Assembly: GCA_964449495.1 (NCBI GenBank)
Contig: CAYUYX010000001.1
Coordinates: forward strand, 2,332 to 42,331
DNA: 40,000 nucleotides
Direction: 5' to 3'
Origin: an uncultured Candidatus Bathyarchaeia archaeon
Lineage (GTDB): Archaea > Thermoproteota > Bathyarchaeia > EX4484-135
The notes below the pieces were generated by a model. The model had not been told where the DNA came from, ran no database searches, and saw only the letters and a program-made list of their open reading frames with translations. Positions 1 through 7,588 of the stretch are shown here, piece after piece. Every line of letters starts with the position of its first letter. Position 1 is the stretch's first letter. The position numbers and the translations under genes are program-made.

Positions 1-738
1 GGCCAGCTCGAATATCTGCACGTTCTGCTCATCGCTTCCCACATTAAATACCTGGCCATTTACCAACTCAGGCTCGGCCTCCAACACGGATATGAAGGCC
101 CTGGAGGTGTCCTTGACGTGGACGAAGGGCCTCCACTGGCGCCCATCCCTCATGATGCGGATGACGCCCGTTTTGAACAGGGCCTTCACCATGCCATTCA
201 CGGCCAGGTCGAACCTCATTCTGTAGCTCAGGCCATAGACCGTGGCCTGCCTCAGGGCCGTGGCTACGAACCGCCTGTCAGCGAGCGGCAGGATCTCCAT
301 CTCGGCCAGGTAGCTGGCCCTCGCGTAGACGGTCAAAGGCTTAACGGACGAGTTCTCATCCAAAATACCGGGCTGGAAACCATAGACGCTGCAAGTGCTG
401 GCTAACACATAGCGACTTACGCCCTTCTTCTTGGCTAACTTGGCCACGCGCACCCTGCCCTTGTAGTTAATGTCCATGGCCGTTTCCGGATCCAGCTCGC
501 ATGTGGGATCGTTTGGCAGGGCCGCTAGGTCGAGTACAGCGTCCACGCCCTCTAGAATGCGCGGGTCAAACCGCCTTATGTCGTCCTCCACGATCCTCAC
601 TTGGTCCTCCACGTCCGCTAGCGGCTCCCTGCCGAAGAACAGCCTGTCCAAGACGACCACATCGTAGCCGCGCTCAAGCAGGAGCCTGACGAGCGTGGAG
701 CCGATGTAACCAGCGCCACCTGTTACGAGCACCTTCAT
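1..738 (-). CDS. NAD(P)-dependent epimerase/dehydratase family protein (extended SDR), N-terminal 246 codons only; the gene runs off the left edge
   Basis: Missing from the ORF track because it has no stop in the window. My minus-strand translation from ATG 738..736 reads MKVLVTGGAGYIGSTLVRLLLERGYDVVVLDRLFFG...VLDLAALPNDP...YVLASTCSVYG...FNVGSDEQN. It has a Rossmann GxxGxxG N-terminus and an ATGA start/stop overlap with rmlD at 735-738. Confidence 0.8.
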   Translation of the reverse strand, partial: MKVLVTGGAGYIGSTLVRLLLERGYDVVVLDRLFFGREPLADVEDQVRIVEDDIRRFDPRILEGVDAVLDLAALPNDPTCELDPETAMDINYKGRVRVAKLAKKKGVSRYVLASTCSVYGFQPGILDENSSVKPLTVYARASYLAEMEILPLADRRFVATALRQATVYGLSYRMRFDLAVNGMVKALFKTGVIRIMRDGRQWRPFVHVKDTSRAFISVLEAEPELVNGQVFNVGSDEQNVQIFELA

Positions 739-1676
739 GGTCGCCTCCGCACCTCCTCATACTCGGTCCTGAGGGCCCGTAGAGCCTCACTCGTGCTGTA
801 AAAATCTGTCTTGAGCACTTGGCGGGTGCGCTCACATCTGAGGCTGGCATCTCTCGGGCGTGGTGCTAGCCAGCTAAACTCTTCCATCTCGGCCTTCTTC
901 ACCAGCTCCTTATTGAGGCCTAAGAACTCTGCGATCCTGAGGGCGAACTCGTGCCTGCTCATGCGCTCGCCCACCACATGGAAGATGCCCGTGGGCCTCC
1001 GCTCTAAGATCTCCACGAGGGCCTCCGCCAGGAGGCTGGCCTGGGTGGGCGTGGTGTACTGATCCACGAGCGCTCTCACGGGCTTGCCCGCGCTCAGGTT
1101 CTCCACGAGGAACTTAGCGAAGTTCTTCCTGCCAGGCCCGAGGCCGTAAATGGAACTTGCTCTCACGATGGATCTCCCGATGTCTGCCGTGAGGACAGCC
1201 ACCTCCCCACACATCTTCGTGAGGCCGTAGTAGTTGATGGGGCATGGGGGCTCGTGTTCCTCATACATGCCTCTGAGGCCATCGAAGACGTAATCGGTCG
1301 AGAGGTAAAGCAAGTAGTCCGCATATCGCTCAGCCGCTCTGACCACGTTAATGGTGCCTAGCACGTTCACATCCCAAGCCAGGGCGCGGTCGCGCTCACA
1401 GCCATCTACATCACCGTAGGCGGCCATGTGGATGACGGCCTCCGGCCGGTGCTTCTTGAACAAGCGCTCAAGGCCAATTCTGTCCCTCACGTCCAATCTC
1501 ACGGCCGTGAAGGCCTCGTGTTGGATGGGCACCTCATGGGTCAGGTAGGTGCCTACCACCTGGTGGCCCCGGCTGAGCAGAGCCAATGCTGCCCTATAGC
1601 CCGGCAGGCTACTGGCCCCTGTTATCAGCACCCTCAAGGGCTGTGATCCCCTCACTTGTGTGGAGGCCTGAACCAA
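735..1676 (-). CDS. rmlD: dTDP-4-dehydrorhamnose reductase (RmlD/RfbD-like SDR)
   Basis: 313-aa ORF with LITGASSLPGYRAALALLSRGHQVVG (Rossmann), LYLSTDYVFDG and YGLTKMCGE (YxxxK). It lies directly downstream of rmlC. The start may be a later GTG/TTG near 1640, since the ORF-track start overlaps rmlC by 25 nt. Confidence 0.8.
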   Translation of the reverse strand: MVQASTQVRGSQPLRVLITGASSLPGYRAALALLSRGHQVVGTYLTHEVPIQHEAFTAVRLDVRDRIGLERLFKKHRPEAVIHMAAYGDVDGCERDRALAWDVNVLGTINVVRAAERYADYLLYLSTDYVFDGLRGMYEEHEPPCPINYYGLTKMCGEVAVLTADIGRSIVRASSIYGLGPGRKNFAKFLVENLSAGKPVRALVDQYTTPTQASLLAEALVEILERRPTGIFHVVGERMSRHEFALRIAEFLGLNKELVKKAEMEEFSWLAPRPRDASLRCERTRQVLKTDFYSTSEALRALRTEYEEVRRRP

Positions 1677-2209
1677 TCCCAGGGCTTCCCCACGCGTGGG
1701 TCGTCCTCTCGGCCATTTATCTTAATAGGCACTATAGCCGGATCGTTCCAGGGCCTGCGGAGTTCATCTGGGTTCCTATAATCATAGAGCCTGTTCACGA
1801 AGTAGATCAAGTAAGCAGGCGCTGGTCCCACGACCTTAAAGCCGTGCCAGTATCGACCGGGGATTCTGAGAAGTTGCATCCTGTTCTCCGTCAACACAAC
1901 CTCGACCATGTGGCCCCTAGTAGGCGATTCTTCATCGTCATCATAAGCGCACACTTTTATAGCTCCCTTCACGACTAAGAAGTAGTCTACCTGCCCCCTT
2001 TGATGCTTGTGCCAGGCCCTTACGATGCCGGGGTAGGTTATTGATAGATTAGCCTGTACTATAGTGTCGCCGCCTAGGAGTTCTACCCAGTCAGAGCGCA
2101 TTATCTCTGTGAAGACGCCCCTTTCATCTGGAAATCGGACGAGATCGACGAGTTTAACACCAGGAAGGGCCAACTCTTTGACTGACCCTAAGAGGGGCAT
2201 GCTCACCAC
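1652..2209 (-). CDS. rmlC: dTDP-4-dehydrorhamnose 3,5-epimerase (cupin, RmlC/RfbC)
   Basis: 185-aa ORF with RmlC-type motifs FPDERGVFTEIMRSDW, ANLSITYPGIVRAWHKHQRGQVDYF and YWHGFKVVG. A GGTGGTGAG Shine-Dalgarno-like sequence precedes the ATG. Confidence 0.85.
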   Translation of the reverse strand: MVSMPLLGSVKELALPGVKLVDLVRFPDERGVFTEIMRSDWVELLGGDTIVQANLSITYPGIVRAWHKHQRGQVDYFLVVKGAIKVCAYDDDEESPTRGHMVEVVLTENRMQLLRIPGRYWHGFKVVGPAPAYLIYFVNRLYDYRNPDELRRPWNDPAIVPIKINGREDDPRVGKPWDWFRPPHK

Positions 2210-2513
2210 CTATGACCGACCTGAGGATGCCGTACGGTGTATTTAAGATTTTTCCAAGAGCCCAAAAAACGTGAAGCACAGTTCGACGAGGTGCCCGAAA
2301 GGGGGTATCTCGAGTATAGGCTCAATAGGCTTCACAGGCTATCTTGGCTTCTTACAGACCTCACACAGATAGTCTTGAGCAAGATGAACCTAAAGAACCT
2401 TTACGGCTCCTTAAGGAAACTATAGAGCACAGAACTAGAAGAACAGATTTACATTTATTGAACGTACTTAATTGGCTTCAAGGGAGATGTGACCTATCTC
2501 AGAATAAATAATG

Positions 2514-3226
2514 CTATTTTCGTTTCGGTTTAACGAAAAAGTCGGTATCCCAGAGACCGTTTGTTGTTTTTATTCGAATCCAGCATCGTAGGAGGGAACT
2601 TATCCAATCCAAAAATTTTCTCCAATGTCTGCGATCTGAGTTATCGAAGATGATAAGGCCACCTGGCTTTACTTTTGGTAAAGCATTTAGAAAGCAGGCA
2701 ATACGTGCCTCCCCATCGACTAGGATGAAGTCGAAGTATTCATCAGGATACTCATTTATAGCATTAAAATAATGTATGAATTCAGGTTGCGGTGGAGGTT
2801 TTTCTGTAATAATAATATCCCGGCCATACACTTTTCCAATCGATCCCACATAAATCTTCTGGAGAGACTGGGGGGATTAACTTCAGGTCTACGTTCCTTA
2901 TCGATCTTCTCTCAAGCATTGCTTTAACACGAGTAAACCATTTTTAGATCATGCTCAATACTTACAAGACGGTGTATTCGTCTTGCGAAAAAGATGCTAG
3001 ATCCACCCGATCCCCACTCAAAACCCTTCATTGAGGGGCGAAGCCACATAATTAGAATAGAGTTCGCTTCCTCAGTTAGCCATGGGAAATCCGGATGAAG
3101 AATTTGGTAAAGTTTATAACGTAATTCAGCAAAGGAAATCTTGGGATTTCTAATTAGAGTGCGAATTAGTTTAAGAGCATCAATATTAAATCGATCGTAG
3201 ATTAACTCATTTATTTTTGAAATCAT
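2514..3226 (-). pseudogene. Class I SAM-dependent methyltransferase, reading frame broken twice at homopolymers
   Basis: ORF 2924..3226 carries motif I (GFEWGSGGSSIFFARR...LVSIEHD). ORF 2514..2849 carries the distal half (FDFILVDGEARIACFLNALPKVKPGGLIIFDNSD). The third frame between them reads WFTRVKAMLERRSIRNVDLKLIPP without stops. The frame changes fall at the T5/A5 run 2941-2945 and the G6/C6 run 2870-2875. Confidence 0.65.
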
Positions 3227-3249
3227 CGCGAAACCTTATGGTGTATGAC

Positions 3250-3516
3250 GCTATCTAAACTGCTTACTGGCCTCCTTATAGCTAGTGAACGACATGGCAT
3301 TACGAAGCTGAAACATCCGTGCTTTCCCGGATTTGCGCCTGTAACGAACGAAACTCAGGCAGTCGCAGTTATAGGCGGTATGGTTGATTTAAGAGTAAGC
3401 CACTTACCCTTCCCCGTCAGAGCTGGTATTGTTCTTAATACTCCCACACTGGTCATATAATTGAGCACATCCCGGTTTACGCCGTCAGGCTCTATAACTA
3501 GGATCCTCGACTTTTT
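3250..3516 (-). pseudogene. N-terminal fragment of an alkaline-phosphatase/NPP-family gene (paralogue of 6044..7567)
   Basis: The minus strand reads RILVIEPDGVNRDVLNYMTSVGVLRTIPALTGKGKWLTLKSTIPPITATA*VSFVTGANPGKHGCFSFVMPCRSLAIRRPVSSLD. The intact gene reads MRVLVIGLDGVDWNVIDHM...TIPPITVTAWASFATGSNPGKHGCFSFLLPGRSLAEKRPISS. There is an in-frame TGA (3357..3355) where the paralogue has Trp, no start codon, and truncation after about 90 codons. Confidence 0.7.
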
Positions 3517-3548
3517 ACGCCCCCGGTTTTTCTAGCTTTCTAGCAGAC

Positions 3549-3630
3549 CTAGGCTGCTGGCTTATTAGCTTTTTCCTTCTCGTCCTTTAAGCATATCATA
3601 GAGCACTCGTCCATCCATATCATGTGCTAC
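3549..3630 (-). pseudogene. C-terminal fragment of an alkaline-phosphatase/NPP-family gene (paralogue of the 3' end of 7589..9049)
   Basis: The minus strand reads MDGRVLYDMLK, then (after a 1-nt frame change) KDEKEKANKPAA*. The intact gene ends IDGRVLDDMLKERKGPAG*. DNA similarity to 7589-7650 is visible (taggctgctgg...ctttaagcat... versus ttagcctgctgg...ctttaagcat...). Confidence 0.5.
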
Positions 3631-3667
3631 TCAATGATATTACTCCATAAGAATCGCTTTTTTATCC

Positions 3668-3853
3668 TTACTTCACGGTTGATGCGAACTTAGCTACTTC
3701 CCATTTTATTAATAATTTAGAACCAGTTATGTCAGATAGCGACGAGTTCTTGAGCACGGGGACGAGCCGCTTTGGATCGCTAAACGTTAGGGGCCTGAGC
3801 CTGGTGCCCGCACCGCCGTGCAAGATCACGCCCTTCACGAGGCTACACCTCAT
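3668..3853 (-). pseudogene. Truncated sugar-phosphate nucleotidyltransferase (RmlA/G1P-thymidylyltransferase-like), first ~35 codons only
   Basis: The 61-aa ORF begins KGVILHGGAGTRLRPLTFSDPKRLVPV, the GGxGTRLxPLT signature of RmlA-type enzymes. Similarity is then lost as the sequence turns AT-rich at about 3720-3750. Full-length enzymes of this family are several-fold longer. Confidence 0.65.
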
Positions 3854-3858
3854 GTCCC

Positions 3859-4758
3859 TTATCGATAAGTTGGCGTCTGGGATTTCTTACTCATGGCTTG
3901 GACAGTTCTCTCTATTCCCTCTTCCAGGCTTAGAGGCCTCCATCTTAAGGCCTTCATAGCCTTCTCCGGTGATATGTACGGCATGCTCGGCCCCTCTCGC
4001 CTGCGCCTATCGTATTCTACTTTAAAACCATAGCTCTCCCTAAGTAGCTCTGCTATCTCCCCTATGCTCTTGTACTCCGGTGATATAAGGTTGAATATTT
4101 CATTTGTATGCTTCATGGCCTTGACAGCCCCATCAGCTATGTCCTCTACATATGTGTATTGGTTCCGGCGCTTGCCCTCCCCCCAGACGACTATAGGCTT
4201 TCCCGATAAACCATCTCTTATGAAATCGCAGATGACGCACGAGCAACGCTCATGAGGGCCGTAGACGGGGCCGAACCTGAGTATGACGTAATTTAGGCCG
4301 TACTTCCGGTTGTACTCTAAGATGAGCCGCTCGCCCACGAGCTTGGCTACGCCGAACATCTCGGCCTTAAATATGTCCGAGCTATGGGCCTCGCTAACCT
4401 TGATATCGGGCGGCAGACCATCATAGACGTAGAAGCTGCTGGCGTATATTAGCTTCTCAATATCATTTCTCACACATGCCTCCAGAACGTTCAAGGTTCC
4501 GTATATATCTAGTTGGCCGGATAAGTAGGGGTTTTTCCTTGCTACGTTGAGCACCGTGCCAGCTAAGTGATAGACCACGTTCACCTCGCTTAGGGCGTTC
4601 TGCAGTTGATCGAGCACACGCACGTCGGCCAAGTGGAATTCCACATCGAGGCTGCTCTCCCTGATATCCACGTTGATGACCTTATGGCCCTCTCTCAACA
4701 GCCCCTTTATGAGGAAGCTGCCTATGAAGCCCGAGCCGCCTACGACGGCGATGCGCAA
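3859..4758 (-). CDS. NAD-dependent epimerase/dehydratase family protein (extended SDR), atypical active site
   Basis: 299 aa with a TTG start. Motifs are VVGGSGFIGSFL (Rossmann), YASSFYVYDG, and MFGVAKLVGE where YxxxK is expected (Phe codon 4356..4354). By eye it is about 70% identical to the SDR at 18989..19879. Confidence 0.85.
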   Translation of the reverse strand: MRIAVVGGSGFIGSFLIKGLLREGHKVINVDIRESSLDVEFHLADVRVLDQLQNALSEVNVVYHLAGTVLNVARKNPYLSGQLDIYGTLNVLEACVRNDIEKLIYASSFYVYDGLPPDIKVSEAHSSDIFKAEMFGVAKLVGERLILEYNRKYGLNYVILRFGPVYGPHERCSCVICDFIRDGLSGKPIVVWGEGKRRNQYTYVEDIADGAVKAMKHTNEIFNLISPEYKSIGEIAELLRESYGFKVEYDRRRREGPSMPYISPEKAMKALRWRPLSLEEGIERTVQAMSKKSQTPTYR

Positions 4759-4759
4759 C

Positions 4760-5887
4760 CTATATCCACTCCAGCGCCCTCAAGGATGCCTTGAGGCTAT
4801 CGATGACGTAATGGGCCTCTTCTTCCGTCATCTGGGGATAGATGGGGAGTGCTATATGCCTATGGCATAGGTCGTCTGCTACCGGATAGCTATCCGGGTC
4901 ATCCACGTATTCTTTGAAGACCGGCTGTGCGTGTAGAGGGACTTCATATACATAGCCAGCTAGCGATATGTCAAACTTCTCCCTCATGTAAGCCCTAAGA
5001 AGCTCTGGATCGCATCCCCTAGGCAAGAAGACTACGTACTTATAGTAATTCGACCTCACGTTATCCGGTACCTCGAGCACCTCTACTGACTTCACATCCT
5101 CGAGCAGCTCGTCATATATCTCAGCTACTTTCCTACGCTTCTCTATGATCTCCGGCAAGAGCTTCAGCTGCTCAAGACCTATTATCGCCTGGAGCTCCGT
5201 CATACGCCAATTGTAGCCCATCATGCCTATGAGGTTCCCCCTCACCTTGCCCTGATTACGCAGTATCCTAGCCTTCTCGGCGATCTCGTCGTCGTCCGTG
5301 GTTATCATACCTCCCTCGCCGGTGGTCATCACCTTGGTGGAGAAGAAGCTGAACGCATTCGCCACCCCGAAGGCGCCAGCCTTCCTGCCGTCCAACTCGC
5401 TACCATGGGCGTGGGCGGCGTCCTCGACCACGTAAATACCCCTTTCCTCGGCTAGCTCCAATAAGTCCACAAGCCTCGGCGAGATGAGACCGCCTATGTG
5501 GACGGGCATGACGGCCCTCACCCGATCGTCCAATCTCTTCTTGACATCCGAGAGGCTGAAGTTCAGATCCCTCTCTATATCCACGAACACGGGCCTACCG
5601 CCAGCCCTTATCACGCCGTAAGCCGTGGCGGCAAATGTATTTGTTGGCACTAAAACCTTGAGCCCACAGACATCAAGGATCTGAAATATTATCTCGAGAG
5701 CGGCCGTGCCGCTCGAGACGGAGATGGCGTGCTTAGTTCCTATATACGACGCAAATTTCTTCTCGAATTCCTCGGCGTACTTTCCTTGCGTCAGGAAGTC
5801 CCCGCTCTGAAGAAGGCGCTCTATGTTCCTTATCACGTTCTTCACGCAGCGCTCGGGGAAGTAGTACTTAAACGGGGGTATTTTCAT
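4760..5887 (-). CDS. DegT/DnrJ/EryC1/StrS-family PLP-dependent sugar aminotransferase
   Basis: Motifs are SGTAALEIIF, PTNTFAATAYG, EDAAHAHGSE and FSFFSTKVMTTGEGG (PLP lysine). The ORF extends to 5941, but alignment with the paralogue at 17853 (MRARRIPPFRYYFP) favours the ATG at 5887 (MKIPPFKYYFP). Confidence 0.9.
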   Translation of the reverse strand: MKIPPFKYYFPERCVKNVIRNIERLLQSGDFLTQGKYAEEFEKKFASYIGTKHAISVSSGTAALEIIFQILDVCGLKVLVPTNTFAATAYGVIRAGGRPVFVDIERDLNFSLSDVKKRLDDRVRAVMPVHIGGLISPRLVDLLELAEERGIYVVEDAAHAHGSELDGRKAGAFGVANAFSFFSTKVMTTGEGGMITTDDDEIAEKARILRNQGKVRGNLIGMMGYNWRMTELQAIIGLEQLKLLPEIIEKRRKVAEIYDELLEDVKSVEVLEVPDNVRSNYYKYVVFLPRGCDPELLRAYMREKFDISLAGYVYEVPLHAQPVFKEYVDDPDSYPVADDLCHRHIALPIYPQMTEEEAHYVIDSLKASLRALEWI

Positions 5888-6043
5888 GGCATTACCGTGG
5901 ACATAGCCTGGCTTATAAGGTTTTCGAGATAAACAAGCCATTTCCCATCATGTTTCTTGTTCTAAAGGTACCTTTTCCTAGTTGCTCTCGTCCCGCCTGA
6001 GCAATCAATCCCGTTTCCATGGTCTTATCTAAGCTCCCAAGCC

Positions 6044-7567
6044 TTATAGATGGATTAAGGTGCGCCCGTCCATATATCTTGGCTTCTCGACGCCGAGGGC
6101 GGTTAATATTGTGGGGGCCACGTCATATATATCTACGGTACTATCGTTTTCTACGTTGTACTTGACATCACAGCCCCGGGAACCATACATTATCAGTATC
6201 CCGTGAAGGTTGTGGAAATTGAATGGCCTTTCTCTTAGGATCACTAAGGGATTGTTCCATTCCACGGAGTAGTTCCGAGGAACTACTAATATATCCGGTG
6301 CTCTGTCGAGCTCCCCTCCTCTATATACGTCCTCTTTCCTGAGGACAGCCTTAAATAGCGTTTTCCTTCCCCTAGGCTCCCTCATCCCCTTAAGCTCTCC
6401 TATAATCTCGTTTCTGATATCTTCGTATTCCGATGGATTTACTATACCATCTACGAACTTCCCCATTAAGTTAATATATATTCCATGGGAATTCATATCT
6501 GGCGTATATGCTATCGTCTCGTCGATGAGCGGCCTGGTCTCTAACTTGAGGTGGGATAGCATAGGCATGATGGGGGAAATCTTACTTGCTATGAATAATA
6601 ATAATTGAGAACCTATGTCGATTTTGTTGCATAACTTACTTAACGTCATGGCCGATAGTCTGCTCATCCATCTTATAGTTGCTTTCCTGCCCACGCTCTC
6701 CTCGACGAGATGGGAATACGTGGACGGCGCCGTCAGCTCTTGCTTCAGAAGCCCCCTCTTGCTGAGCCAGGCATTTAGTGAGAAGAGCCCTCGATACGTC
6801 TTGAACCCATGATCTGACATCACTATCACGAGCGTGTCGCTTGGCACGTTCTTTATCATCAACTCAATATATGTATCAAGTTCTTTGTAAAACCCGTATA
6901 TTTCCCTTCTAACAGCTTCTTCCGTGCTCTTTGCGAATATCTTATCATAAGCCACGTGATGTATCCAATCGGTTCCGCTGAAGAGTACGAAGAACAGATC
7001 CCAATCCACCAACCTCATGAGCTTCATCGCACAGCGAAATCTCACCCTCTCGAGGTTTCTCACATCTCTTACGTAATCCGCGGTTCTCCCCATGATATAC
7101 AAAGATGAATTGGGCACTAGCCTATATTTCCTGAACTCGGGAACTTTCAATAAGATATTTCTTGGGAACACGAAATTATCGCCCCTAGTCAATATGCTCG
7201 TGATGACTATCCCGCTTCTTATCCTCGGAGGATAGGAGAGGGGGAGATTGATCAAGACGCATTTGCGTCCGTTCTCTTCCAAGATCTCGTAGAACGTCTT
7301 GACCTTCATGTCCCTGCTGCTAATCGGTCTCTTCTCGGCCAAAGATCGGCCTGGGAGCAAGAAGCTAAAGCAGCCGTGCTTCCCGGGGTTAGAGCCCGTT
7401 GCGAAGGATGCCCATGCGGTCACCGTTATCGGGGGTATGGTGGATCTAAGTATGGCCCATCTCCCCCGCTCGGCTAGAGCAGGTATCGTGGTCAGTACCC
7501 CCTTATGCGCCATGTGGTCTATCACGTTCCAGTCCACGCCATCGAGCCCTATGACCAAAACCCTCAC
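6044..7567 (-). CDS. Alkaline-phosphatase superfamily protein (type I phosphodiesterase/nucleotide pyrophosphatase-like), no TM segment seen
   Basis: 507 aa with a GTG start. Motifs are VIGLDGVDW (metal Asp), STIPPITVTAWASFATGSNPGKHG (nucleophile-Thr region), VIVMSDHGF and FNFHNLHGILIMYG. Confidence 0.85.
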   Translation of the reverse strand: MRVLVIGLDGVDWNVIDHMAHKGVLTTIPALAERGRWAILRSTIPPITVTAWASFATGSNPGKHGCFSFLLPGRSLAEKRPISSRDMKVKTFYEILEENGRKCVLINLPLSYPPRIRSGIVITSILTRGDNFVFPRNILLKVPEFRKYRLVPNSSLYIMGRTADYVRDVRNLERVRFRCAMKLMRLVDWDLFFVLFSGTDWIHHVAYDKIFAKSTEEAVRREIYGFYKELDTYIELMIKNVPSDTLVIVMSDHGFKTYRGLFSLNAWLSKRGLLKQELTAPSTYSHLVEESVGRKATIRWMSRLSAMTLSKLCNKIDIGSQLLLFIASKISPIMPMLSHLKLETRPLIDETIAYTPDMNSHGIYINLMGKFVDGIVNPSEYEDIRNEIIGELKGMREPRGRKTLFKAVLRKEDVYRGGELDRAPDILVVPRNYSVEWNNPLVILRERPFNFHNLHGILIMYGSRGCDVKYNVENDSTVDIYDVAPTILTALGVEKPRYMDGRTLIHL

Positions 7568-7588
7568 GATCCGTCCCCCGCCCCAGCT

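Noticed and set aside
118-689. Plus-strand ORFs 118..405, 470..667 and 501..689
   Set aside because: They lie antisense to a clearly recognisable SDR gene (1..738, minus) that the ORF track misses because it has no stop in the window. They are Pro/Arg/Ala/Ser-rich with no motifs.
3245-3460. The 71-aa plus-strand ORF resembles the 97-aa plus-strand ORF at 7299..7592 (…KLKHPCFPGFAPV…AVIGGMVDL… versus …KLKQPCFPGLEPV…TVIGGMVDL…), which suggested a conserved small-protein family
   Set aside because: Both are antisense shadows of homologous minus-strand sequence, namely the N-termini of alkaline-phosphatase-family genes. The real signal is the paralogous fragment on the minus strand.
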